From Candidatus Thorarchaeota archaeon (GTDB lineage: Archaea > Asgardarchaeota > Thorarchaeia > Thorarchaeales > Thorarchaeaceae): a DNA stretch of 64,000 nt. A program made the position numbers and the translations under genes. The notes below the pieces were generated by a model, which saw nothing but the letters and a program-made list of their open reading frames with translations, had not been told where the DNA came from and ran no database searches. How positions within the stretch are numbered: the stretch's first letter is position 1; each line of letters starts with the position of its first letter. This document shows, piece after piece, positions 56,269-64,000 of this stretch. The stretch lies in NCBI GenBank assembly GCA_963726195.1, contig CAVSBO010000015.1:65275-129274 (forward strand), written 5' to 3'.

Positions 56269-57033
56269 ATGATAGTGCCGGACAGCAAGATTCCTGAAGA
56301 CATTGAACGCATCCTCTCACCCTCTGCGAAAGCATTGCTTGAAGTTCTGATGCGCATGGAACTCAAAGAAGAGACCGCAGTCTTTCAAGAGAGCCCCGAC
56401 ACAAAGAAACTCAGCATGATGGTCGGCACATTTCGTGGCAGTTTGTCAGCTGCGCTCATTAGACGGTTATCCGGTCTTGCAGGCAAGGGCGGGGTTTCTA
56501 CAGTCACACAAAACGACCTCATTTCGTTGGCCGCCGAGCTATGGGCCGAGAATCTATCACGCTTCAGTGGCACAGAGGTCGCTGTGTTGAAGGCATACGC
56601 GGAGACGCCCGGGGTTAGTCTGAACGATCTAGCCACCAAGATTGGTCTGAGCTATCCACAGGCGAGGCGAGCTTACAAGAGACTGCACGATTCCGGCATT
56701 CTACAGATTAGAGGCCTCCTGAACATCGAATACTACGGCATCGAACGGATGTTGCTGGCTCTCAAATCGCCCAGTCTTGCAATAAGTGGGCCCTACATTG
56801 AGAAGTCGCTCTTTGTTGACGGCCCTTCGCCTTCAGCGTACCTAGTAGCAGCTCATCCTGCCGAGCGAAAGGAGGATTTCCTTCAACTAGTCAAGACACT
56901 GAGAACTGCGGGCAGAGAGTGTCTCACTCTGGCATCTTTCAAGGGGAAAGCTCGGCTTCTCGGATGTATACCTCGATTCTCGTACAGGGCAGTGGAAAGT
57001 AGATCTTCTTCATTTTCGCTTGGGATGCCGTAG
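56269..57033 (+). CDS. Putative wHTH transcriptional regulator
   Basis: LKAYAETPGVSLNDLATKIGLSYPQARRAYKRLHDSGIL resembles an Lrp/AsnC-type HTH. It may be one gene with 57020-57646. Confidence 0.4.
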   Translation: MIVPDSKIPEDIERILSPSAKALLEVLMRMELKEETAVFQESPDTKKLSMMVGTFRGSLSAALIRRLSGLAGKGGVSTVTQNDLISLAAELWAENLSRFSGTEVAVLKAYAETPGVSLNDLATKIGLSYPQARRAYKRLHDSGILQIRGLLNIEYYGIERMLLALKSPSLAISGPYIEKSLFVDGPSPSAYLVAAHPAERKEDFLQLVKTLRTAGRECLTLASFKGKARLLGCIPRFSYRAVESRSSSFSLGMP

Positions 57034-57646
57034 TGGTGGAGATTCAATCGTACTCGGTGAGTCTGGCACTTTGTCAGCAGGTGCGCCAAATCCCACGCCA
57101 GCAGAACTCCTGATAATAGACCAACTTCGCATCAACTATGAGTGCACCGCAGCTGAGGTCGTGGAGGCGACTGGGCTATCAGAAAGTACATCATTTAGGA
57201 AGTGCCGGGAGTTGAGAGACGGTGGGGTGGTTGGTCCGCGCACAGTAATCACCATCCCGAATCTTACGGAATATGTACTTGCTTTGGTGTCCCCCAATGC
57301 TGCCGTTGACTTGGTACGTGCTTGGCAAGCACTACCCGTCAGTTACGTTACGAAAATCTGGAACATCGAGAACCCTGCAGAGAACAGGGTCCTGCTTGTT
57401 GCTGCTCTTCCAAGAGGAACGAGCACAGATATCGTGAATGTTTTGAACTCCGAACTCAGCCGTGCAGATGACTTTCTAGCTCAAATCGTGTCCGCAGGAA
57501 CAGAGAGTTTCGTCTCCACAGCAGCAATGTTTGACCGCAAGAGCAGGTCTTGGAGGTGGAGCCAAGGCGACTTCTTCGATGTTCGGTCTTATGGTATTGT
57601 GCGAAAGGAAGCGGAAGCAGGCACAGTCCCAATTGACTTGGCCTGA
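57020..57646 (+). CDS. Putative wHTH transcriptional regulator
   Basis: LLIIDQLRINYECTAAEVVEATGLSESTSFRKCRELRDGGVV is HTH-like. It overlaps the previous ORF by 14 nt in a different frame. Confidence 0.4.
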   Translation: MGCRSGGDSIVLGESGTLSAGAPNPTPAELLIIDQLRINYECTAAEVVEATGLSESTSFRKCRELRDGGVVGPRTVITIPNLTEYVLALVSPNAAVDLVRAWQALPVSYVTKIWNIENPAENRVLLVAALPRGTSTDIVNVLNSELSRADDFLAQIVSAGTESFVSTAAMFDRKSRSWRWSQGDFFDVRSYGIVRKEAEAGTVPIDLA

Positions 57647-57706
57647 TGTGGCGCACATGCATAAGCAATATCTGCAGCAGCGTAGTCCACAGCTTGAGTC
57701 TTTGCA

Positions 57707-58687
57707 ATGCTGCGAATTGTCTTCCTAGGTACCGGCGGCTCGATGCCAACCGAGGGAAGGAACTTGCCCGCATTCGCAACAGAGTTCGATGGATGGGTCT
57801 TGCTATTCGATTGCGGAGAAGATATCCAGCGGCAGATAGGGCGTGCAGGCATCGGTCTCAACAAGCGTATGTCTGTGTTCATCACACATATGCATGCCGA
57901 TCACATTCTGGGTCTTCCCGGTCTTCTACTGCGGCTATCATTGCTTGGTCGCATAAGGCCTCTCAGCATTTTTGGTCCTGAAGGATTAATCGAATATGTG
58001 AAAGTGAATCAGGCGACCATCAACCTCGGAACAACATTCGAGGCGACGGTTCACAGAATCGAATCAGGTCCCGTGTTCTCGGCAGAGGCTCTTTTGGTCA
58101 GCGCTTTCGAAGTTGACCACCGTGGTACGGCATTTGGCTACAGAGTAACCTATCAACGTCCTACTGGCAAGTTCCTGCCTGAGAAGGCTCTGAATCTTGG
58201 TGTTCCCAGGGGTCCTCTCTGGAAGGCATTGGCCTCGGGAGAAACTGTGACACTTGATGACGAACGACAGGTGACACCTGAAGAGGTCACGAGTCCAAAG
58301 CCTCGCCCTCTGACTTTGGTTTACTCCGGAAACACAAGGCCCTGTCAGACTTTGAGAGAAGCCGCGGTTGGAGCGGACCTAATGATTTGCGAGGCCATGT
58401 ACACCTCTGATAAAGCTGGCCTAGCACACGAGAGGGGCCATATGACAGCCGCATCAGCCGCTCAGATTGCTCTTGAGGCGGATGTGCGTCTACTCGCATT
58501 AACTCACTTTAGCCCAAGATACGGAGAGGGTTCAGCTATTCTTGATGAAGCTTCGGTGGTCTTTCCTCGCACCATTTTGGCACGCGATTTGATGAGCATT
58601 GAACTTGGGAGCACCGGAGAACCCACTGTCATAGAACACAAAGGGAATATGCCCAGTGGCAGTCCCGATTCATCCCAAGCCCATTAG
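57707..58687 (+). CDS. rnz: Ribonuclease Z (tRNA 3' endonuclease, metallo-beta-lactamase fold)
   Basis: MLRIVFLGTGGSMPT...LFDCGEDIQRQ...VFITHMHADHILGLPGLL...LTHFSPRY are present. Confidence 0.85.
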   Translation: MLRIVFLGTGGSMPTEGRNLPAFATEFDGWVLLFDCGEDIQRQIGRAGIGLNKRMSVFITHMHADHILGLPGLLLRLSLLGRIRPLSIFGPEGLIEYVKVNQATINLGTTFEATVHRIESGPVFSAEALLVSAFEVDHRGTAFGYRVTYQRPTGKFLPEKALNLGVPRGPLWKALASGETVTLDDERQVTPEEVTSPKPRPLTLVYSGNTRPCQTLREAAVGADLMICEAMYTSDKAGLAHERGHMTAASAAQIALEADVRLLALTHFSPRYGEGSAILDEASVVFPRTILARDLMSIELGSTGEPTVIEHKGNMPSGSPDSSQAH

Positions 58688-59080
58688 GGCGCTTTGTAAC
58701 GGATGATGAATGAGCATTCGCTTGAGCATGGTGCTCTTGAGTTCCTGAGCCGACTTTGACCCTACCACGAATTCTGTGATGAGCTCGCGCATAACTTGAT
58801 CTTCTTCTGCAACCTCACATGCGATCTCAAGGCATCGCTTCGATTTCATCAACCTGCGAATGATGAACTCTGCAGATTCAAGTTCGGGTACCACCTTCTC
58901 CCTCATTCTTTCCGCAAAGGTGACCACTTCCTTTGGGTTCCTAGATTCTACTGTCTGTACTGCCACATCTGCTGCGATTGAGCCAGAAACAATGGCGTAG
59001 TAGATGCCCTCACCTGTCAGGAATGGCCGCAGTGCCAGATACTGTGAACCTAAGGCTGGCAGCCGCGGTTCCTCAATCAC
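58670..59080 (-). pseudogene. C-terminal fragment of a geranylgeranyl reductase-family flavoprotein
   Basis: LRPFLTGEGIYYAIVSGSIAADV matches the GGR-family P-x-T-G-E-G-I-y-y-A-m-x-S-G motif, which normally lies ~250 aa into the protein. Only 136 codons are present, and no FAD-binding N-terminus is upstream. The asparaginase gene starts 176 nt away. Confidence 0.5.
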
Positions 59081-59256
59081 AACTCAGCCTATCTGACATT
59101 GTTACGACACGCTGCAACAGTCCTCCACCTTGGATGTGTCCTCCACGTCCAAGATTGTCCAACTTCTACGCAGCTGTTGCATACCCCTGTTTCTAGTGGG
59201 ATATCTTAACACAACATCAATAAACCAATGTTCACTGAACATGAAGAGGGTGTGCT

Positions 59257-60310
59257 TTGGCGTTGACGAAGGATATGCCGCAGGTATGCCTGATGACCAC
59301 GGGCGGTACGATATCCAGTGTTTACGACCCGAGCATTCAGGCGCTGAGACCGGGTCTCTCGGTCGATGCGTTACTCGCGGGTCTTCCCAAGGGCATGGGA
59401 AATATCGAAGTCGTGAAGAGGGAGCTTTTCCAGCTGGACTCTGCGAACGCACAACCACATCATTGGCAAGAAATCGCCAGTGCAATAAGGGAAGTCTACG
59501 ATGAAATGCCTGACATAGACGGCATTGTCGTGACCCATGGGACTGATACGATGGTCTACTCGGCATCAGCGGTTTCTTTCATGGTGCAGGACTTCGGGAA
59601 GCCGATTGTTTTCACAGGCTCACAGATTCCCGCTTCGAGTCCATGGAGTGATGGACCGCGAAACCTGATTGACTCTCTCCGAGTGGCGGCATTCGGCGAT
59701 TTGGGAGAGACCTGCATAGTGTTCAATGGTGAGATTCACCGGCCCACAAGAGCCAAGAAGGTCAGAGTTATGTCCTACGACGCGTTCGATTCTGTTGATC
59801 CATCTCCGCTAGGCATGCTGGCGCGTGACATAATCCTCTATGAGGGCCGAAGAAAACGCCGCAACCTTGTTCCCCGATTCGATACTCGCTTGGACGATCG
59901 CGTGTTTCTTTTGAAGGTGTTTCCTGGTATGGCCCCGGGCATCCTTTCAAGAATAGTTGACATGGGGTATCACGGAATTGTAATCGAGGGCTTCGGGGCG
60001 GGCAACATACCGACTGAGGAGAATGCCCTGACAGGTGCAATCATGCAGGCTGTCTCTCGCGACTGCTTTGTGATAGTGAGCTCACAATGCGCATTTGGGC
60101 AGGCCGACCCGATGACCTACGAGGTTGGAAGAGTTGCACTTGACGTCGGAGCGATGAGTGCCTACGACATGACATCTGAGGCTGCACTTGTCAGAGCTCT
60201 CTTGGGTGCTGGGACACACACGAGACCCCGACCGTGTGCGTGAAATGATGCTAATAGACTACACAGGCGAGTTGTCTTTCAGAGAAATGACAGCTCCTCC
60301 GTCAGAATAG
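59257..60310 (+). CDS. L-asparaginase (type I family), reading frame broken near 60205-60220
   Basis: LMTTGGTISS, GIVVTHGTDTMVYSA and PIVFTGSQ are present. After MTSEAALVRALLGAG the conserved tail TRDPDRVREMMLIDYTGELSF continues in another frame to the stop 60308-60310. Confidence 0.8.
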
Positions 60311-60372
60311 GCACAAGATTGCTCACAACATCATCATGCTTAAATGGAACTCTCCATGCGTGCTCTAATAGT

Positions 60373-60492
60373 GCCCGGGTAGCCAAGCGGTTACGGCGGT
60401 AGCCTGGAGTCGTCCTCTGTCTTTTACTGGGACGAAGAGAAAGCTACTCTCCTAACAAGGAGGCACGAGTTCGAATCTCGCCCCGGGCGCCA
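60373..60492 (+). tRNA. tRNA-Ser (anticodon GGA) with a 32-nt intron at the canonical 37/38 position; CCA encoded
   Basis: The acceptor stem is GCCCGGG/CCCGGGC with discriminator G and CCA. The anticodon stem is GTAGC/GCTAC and the loop is CT-GGA-G[intron 60410-60441]A. The long variable arm is CTCC-TAACAA-GGAG. The T-arm has a TTCGAAT loop. Confidence 0.8.
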
Positions 60493-60612
60493 GCTTCATC
60501 ACTTGATTTTTCGAGATGAATCCGGAAAGGCAATCTCCCCGATGATAACCGTTATAAGCCGTTTTCAAGAAGCGAACAAAGCCTCAGGTTAGATGGGATG
60601 AGGTAGTTAGAA

Positions 60613-61065
60613 ATGTCCGAGCGAGAATACAGGCACATCATAAGAGTTGCCGGTACAGACATAGATGGACAGCAGAACCTACTCCAGGGTCTCACGAGGA
60701 TTCGGGGAGTGGGACTGAGGTTGTCAAAGACAGCTATAGCCAAGTTGAATCTGGATCCCACTTCTCGACTCGGCTATCTAACGGATTCAGAGGTTCACAG
60801 GATTGAGAAGCTCCTGAGTGATTTGTCCAATGCAGGATTCCCTATTTGGTACGTGAACCGACCAAAAGACCGCAGCAGCGGGAGGACGCTTCACCTCATA
60901 GGCCCGGACTTGGAATTTGCCCACCGTAGCGATATCGACCGTCTGAAGAGGATCAAGTCATGGCGCGGAATAAGGCATTCATTCAACCTCAAGTCTAGAG
61001 GACAGCATACGAGATCAACCGGGCGGCGCGGAGTGGCCGTGGGTGTCTCAAGAAAGAAGGAGTAG
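60613..61065 (+). CDS. rps13: 30S ribosomal protein S13 (uS13)
   Basis: IIRVAGTDIDGQQNLLQGLTRIRGVGLRLSKTA...WRGIRHSFNLKSRGQHTRSTGR is present. Confidence 0.9.
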   Translation: MSEREYRHIIRVAGTDIDGQQNLLQGLTRIRGVGLRLSKTAIAKLNLDPTSRLGYLTDSEVHRIEKLLSDLSNAGFPIWYVNRPKDRSSGRTLHLIGPDLEFAHRSDIDRLKRIKSWRGIRHSFNLKSRGQHTRSTGRRGVAVGVSRKKE

Positions 61066-61080
61066 TCGGAGGAATAGGGA

Positions 61081-61806
61081 ATGGGGGATCCACGTCGACC
61101 GAGAAAGCAATATGCGACGCCAAAGCGACCATATGAGACTGACAGACTTGAGCAGGAGCTCCAGTTGATTGGTTCTTACGGACTGAGAAATAAGCGGGAG
61201 CTCTGGAGACACAGAACCGCCCTTTCGAACTACAGACGGGCCGCGAGAAGCTTGCTTGCTCTTCCACCTACAGACCGTGCAAGTCTTGAGAAGGAGATCG
61301 TTGACAAGCTTGTTCGGCGAGGCATTCTGAAGAAGGAACCGACGCTCGACAGCGTTCTGGACCTGACCCTTCAAGATGTTCTGGAAAGAAGGCTTCAGAC
61401 CATTGTCTTTAGAAAGGGACTTGCCTCTTCGCCGTACCACGCTCGGCAGCTGGTGGTTCATGGTCACATCGCGCTTGACGGCGCGAGAGTCACGACTCCT
61501 GGACGGATTATCACAGTCACCGAAGAAGATAGGCTCGGATACACAGCCAATTCTCCCCTGATTGACGCATCTCACCCTGCAAGAGTTGCTGCGACAAAAG
61601 CGGCCCAAAGAGCCACAATGCCTCCTGAAGAGGCTGCAGGACGACGTGAGGAAGGACCTCGTCGAGGGCCTCGCGAGCGAGTCATCAAGGAAGTCATTAA
61701 GGAAGTCAAGGTCAAGGAAGTCAAGGTCAAGGAAGAAATCGTTGAGGACATTGCAGCCGTAGACGTAGATGAGGAAGAAGAGGGTGGAGGCGCAGAAGAT
61801 GAGTAG
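61081..61806 (+). CDS. rps4: 30S ribosomal protein S4 (uS4) with ~75-aa charged C-terminal extension
   Basis: [42 protein letters not shown]...[33 protein letters not shown] is the S4 domain. A tail follows, reading ...[44 protein letters not shown]. Confidence 0.9.
   Translation: MGDPRRPRKQYATPKRPYETDRLEQELQLIGSYGLRNKRELWRHRTALSNYRRAARSLLALPPTDRASLEKEIVDKLVRRGILKKEPTLDSVLDLTLQDVLERRLQTIVFRKGLASSPYHARQLVVHGHIALDGARVTTPGRIITVTEEDRLGYTANSPLIDASHPARVAATKAAQRATMPPEEAAGRREEGPRRGPRERVIKEVIKEVKVKEVKVKEEIVEDIAAVDVDEEEEGGGAEDE
61687..61735 (+). repeat. In-frame tandem repeat (AAGGAAGTC / AAGGTC units) encoding [16 protein letters not shown] within the rps4 tail
   Basis: Read directly from the sequence: aaggaagtcattaaggaagtcaaggtcaaggaagtcaaggtcaaggaag. 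Confidence 0.85.
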
Positions 61807-62222
61807 CGAAGAAGAGCGTCCGAAAAGAAGAGACGAGCCTCTGAAGTGGGGCATCGCCCACATATTTGCATCTTACAATGACACCATCTGTCACATCACG
61901 GATATCACAGGAGCCGAGACAATCGCAAGGTCCACCGGAGGCATGATGGTGAAAGCTGACAGGAATGAGTCGTCTCCACATGCTGCGATGCAAGCTGCAT
62001 TTCAGGCTGCACGTGAGGCAAAGGACAAGGGCATCTACGGGATACACATCCGTGTCCGCGCACCGGGCGGCCATGGCCCGAAGACTCCTGGCCCAGGTGC
62101 ACAGGCTGCTATTCGTGCTCTGAGCCGAGCAGGTTCTCAAGATTGGAATTATCGACGAGGTTACGCCGCTTCCTCATGATGGGACAAGGAAGCCGGGCGG
62201 GCGTCGAGGTCGAAGAGTTTAG
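61799..62222 (+). CDS. rps11: 30S ribosomal protein S11 (uS11), reading frame broken near 62125-62135
   Basis: [67 protein letters not shown]...[15 protein letters not shown] is present. The canonical end [28 protein letters not shown] follows in a shifted frame, with the stop at 62220-62222. Confidence 0.85.
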
Positions 62223-62257
62223 TTGCCCAAGATTCGCCCCTGGCAAGCAGAGTCACT

Positions 62258-63577
62258 TCAGGGGAAATGCCATCGTTCTAATAGACTGGCTGGCACGCCA
62301 GAGTTTGTCCTGTTAATTCGTGCCATGGGTCTGGTCAGGTGTCTCTGGGCTCCTAGTGGTGGCAAGTAAAGACCTGCATCAAGAATCCTGTCGACTGGAA
62401 TCTCGTTTTTCTGTCCTTCCCGGATTCTGAACCCGCACGCATCACATTTGAAGCCCTTTCCGCTACCAGCACTCTTCATTCTCTTTCCGCAATTTGGGCA
62501 TATTGGGTTCATGACGGTGACTTGCTCGGACAGTTTAATCACTTCGAAACCCTCGACATTGAGAGTGAGACCGTGGTTGCTCGATGCAGGGCGCACGCCT
62601 GAATGAAGACGCACTTCATCGCCAATCGCAAGCAGGAGCGCCGTTTCCCTTAGATTGCGCGTGGGTTCGTAGACCGCGCAATCAATTGTGCCGAACCCAT
62701 CAGACATTGAGAACACGACATGTCCTCCCTCCATCATTGTGGGTGTTGATGCAACTTTGCCCTGAACGAGAGCGGCCATGTAGGGTCTGAGATCACAGAC
62801 TCGCACCCTGTGTGTGAGGTGTTCTCCAGTGCCCTGATTCGTTCTGAAGACGGTCCATCTCTCCTTGGCTTCAGTAGTGCGGACATAGCTCGCAGCCTCA
62901 ATTACGTACTCGGGCTTTTCACCCCGAATGCCGTAGATTACCGGGTCGGGTCCATGCGGCCCTATGAGTATCTCACCCGACGACGGGTCTATATTGGAAA
63001 ACACCCTATCTCCCATGACTCTATCCATCTCAATAACCGACTCAGAATCGACTCCTCTCGTTCGTGAGAGAGTAGTAATCGGTCGGTAAGCGAGATATTC
63101 GTAAGTATGGTCATTGGCAAGTCGATTTCCGATTGCTGACAATGCACCAATAAGTCCGCGTCCGTTGCCCATAGTGAAGTGTTTCAACGAAAGACTGTCG
63201 ACTGTTCTCTGAGCCACAGCTATGGGGAGAGCTCTCCACAGCGCCAGCTTTGCCAATTCCGTCACCTGTTCAGGTATGTCCTCAGTGACCATAACGAATC
63301 CCGGGTTTGTGTTCGGGTAACCTATCTCGGCATATCCTTCAATCAGTCTCTTTGCTTCTGACAGAAGCTCCGTGATTCTCTTCTCCTCGATACGAAATCG
63401 GAGGGCAACTGCCCCGTTACCGCGTGTTCGATAGGGAATGTTAGGATTCAAGCGAACTAAGTTTGGATAATCGAGCCACTCAACGTGCCATCTTTCCAGT
63501 CGCTCAACAAGAGTGCTGGCAAAATGCGTGGTGCAGCCTCCCCTTGGGCTGTCAATGTCATCCATTCCCAAGTGCAC
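62258..63577 (-). CDS. tiaS: tRNA(Ile2) 2-agmatinylcytidine synthetase TiaS
   Basis: MHLGMDDIDSPRGGCTTHFAS matches the TiaS N-terminus from memory (GIDDTDS..GMCTTY). An OB-like middle region and a C-terminal zinc ribbon (CPNCGKRM...CDACG) are present. The product is 439 aa. Confidence 0.8.
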   Translation of the reverse strand: MHLGMDDIDSPRGGCTTHFASTLVERLERWHVEWLDYPNLVRLNPNIPYRTRGNGAVALRFRIEEKRITELLSEAKRLIEGYAEIGYPNTNPGFVMVTEDIPEQVTELAKLALWRALPIAVAQRTVDSLSLKHFTMGNGRGLIGALSAIGNRLANDHTYEYLAYRPITTLSRTRGVDSESVIEMDRVMGDRVFSNIDPSSGEILIGPHGPDPVIYGIRGEKPEYVIEAASYVRTTEAKERWTVFRTNQGTGEHLTHRVRVCDLRPYMAALVQGKVASTPTMMEGGHVVFSMSDGFGTIDCAVYEPTRNLRETALLLAIGDEVRLHSGVRPASSNHGLTLNVEGFEVIKLSEQVTVMNPICPNCGKRMKSAGSGKGFKCDACGFRIREGQKNEIPVDRILDAGLYLPPLGAQRHLTRPMARINRTNSGVPASLLERWHFP

Positions 63578-63582
63578 AATCG

Positions 63583-63870
63583 TCAGACTTGCTCCTCTCC
63601 TGGTTTACAGTCATCACAATATGTAGCCTCTCCGAACCTAGTTCCATGATCCTCACAGACGAGTCTCCCGCAGACATTGCAGGCTCTTGATGAGAGGTTC
63701 TTCTTGCATATCTGACATCTAGCTTCAAGACACACAAGGCAAAGCTTCTCCTCCGCAGACATACACCTTGAGCAGACAGAAGCTCCGCACATCCGACATT
63801 TCTCTAGTCTGACGCGGTCTGAACCACATATCTCACATGATTCACCGGGCATAAAGAGCATGGAGAACAC
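63583..63870 (-). CDS. Small multi-zinc-ribbon protein (seven CxxC pairs)
   Basis: The 95-aa product contains CEIC, CRMC, CSRC, CLVC, CQIC, CNVC and CDDC. It starts 6 nt upstream of tiaS in the same orientation. Confidence 0.45.
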   Translation of the reverse strand: MFSMLFMPGESCEICGSDRVRLEKCRMCGASVCSRCMSAEEKLCLVCLEARCQICKKNLSSRACNVCGRLVCEDHGTRFGEATYCDDCKPGEEQV

Positions 63871-64000
63871 CGTCGGCTTTACCGAGCATGGGAACGTTGA
63901 AATCCCTTTCGAAGTGAATGTCTCTTGATGGTTTCCATTCAGGGTACAGGCTCACCCAAAGTGATAATATTCCACGCGGACCAGTGCGATCCAAAGAAGT

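Noticed and set aside
59102-59566. A 154-aa minus-strand ORF considered as the missing N-terminal part of the geranylgeranyl reductase fragment.
   Set aside because: It has no GxGxxG/FAD-binding motif and an Arg/Pro/Ser-rich composition. It lies antisense to the well-supported asparaginase gene.
60373-60492. tRNA-Ser as an integration hotspot flanked by a mobile element.
   Set aside because: No integrase or recombinase gene is nearby, and I noticed no direct repeat of the tRNA 3' end. Both flanks are housekeeping genes (asparaginase and the rps13 operon).
61687-61735. Tandem repeat considered as a CRISPR-like or minisatellite array.
   Set aside because: The units are only 6-9 nt with no spacers, and the repeat is in frame inside rps4. 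No CRISPR array, cas genes or longer repeat-spacer structure were seen anywhere in the window.
61048-61863. A 271-aa ORF on the minus strand, the longest unexplained ORF in the track.
   Set aside because: It lies exactly antisense to rps4. Its [15 protein letters not shown] stretch is just the mirror image of the KEV tandem repeat. It is a shadow ORF of a highly confident ribosomal gene.
310-62222. Programmed ribosomal frameshifting or recoding as the explanation for the split genes.
   Set aside because: The breaks occur in many unrelated genes and share no slippery heptamer or downstream structure that I could see. Several sit next to short homopolymers. Random indel error is far more parsimonious.
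63871-64000. An open minus-strand frame entering from the window end (…ILSLWVSLYPEWKPSRDIHFERDFNVPMLGKADGVLHALYAR-stop, overlapping the zinc-protein start).
   Set aside because: It is plausibly the 3' end of a real gene. Only ~50 codons are visible and I recognise no family, so it is not listed as a feature.

Overview
This is an archaeal chromosomal segment, very probably from an Asgard archaeon. The roughly balanced GC and a two-domain gelsolin suggest a Thorarchaeota-like lineage, but that is inference only. The main signal is a eukaryote-type actin (41624-42763) and a two-domain gelsolin/cofilin-fold protein (50958-51575). Both sit among clearly archaeal housekeeping genes. These include the exosome superoperon (psmA, SBDS, rrp4, rrp41, rrp42, rpl37ae, Brix, pcc1, pfdB, DHH), rps13-rps4-rps11, an intron-containing tRNA-Ser(GGA), TiaS, RNase Z, and the t6A genes (Pcc1, Cgi121, Sua5/TsaC). 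Metabolic and transport modules are: (1) a sugar-type cluster of GPH symporter, 2-hydroxyacid dehydrogenase, FGGY kinase, class II aldolase and tungsten-type AOR, bracketed by two SCP2 paralogues; (2) a NikR plus ZnuABC/TroABC-type metal importer; (3) an ECF transporter energising module; (4) histidine utilisation genes hutU, hutH and hutI; (5) an overlapping nucleotidyltransferase / CDP-alcohol phosphatidyltransferase pair. Less explained items are a wHTH/Rossmann-like protein translationally coupled to a degenerate RNase III-domain protein next to actin, and a beta-class DNA methyltransferase followed by a possibly MCM-derived, ATPase-dead protein next to gelsolin. Others are a cytosolic FG-GAP propeller, a SAMHD1-like HD hydrolase, and a duplicated promoter/5' gene fragment. 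At least 13 conserved genes, including psmA, pfdB and rps11, are each broken by a single frameshift whose downstream frame continues the homologous sequence. I read this as assembly indel error rather than real pseudogenes. I saw no CRISPR array, rRNA, transposase or integrase. All homology calls come from reading motifs by eye and recalling families from memory; no searches were run.
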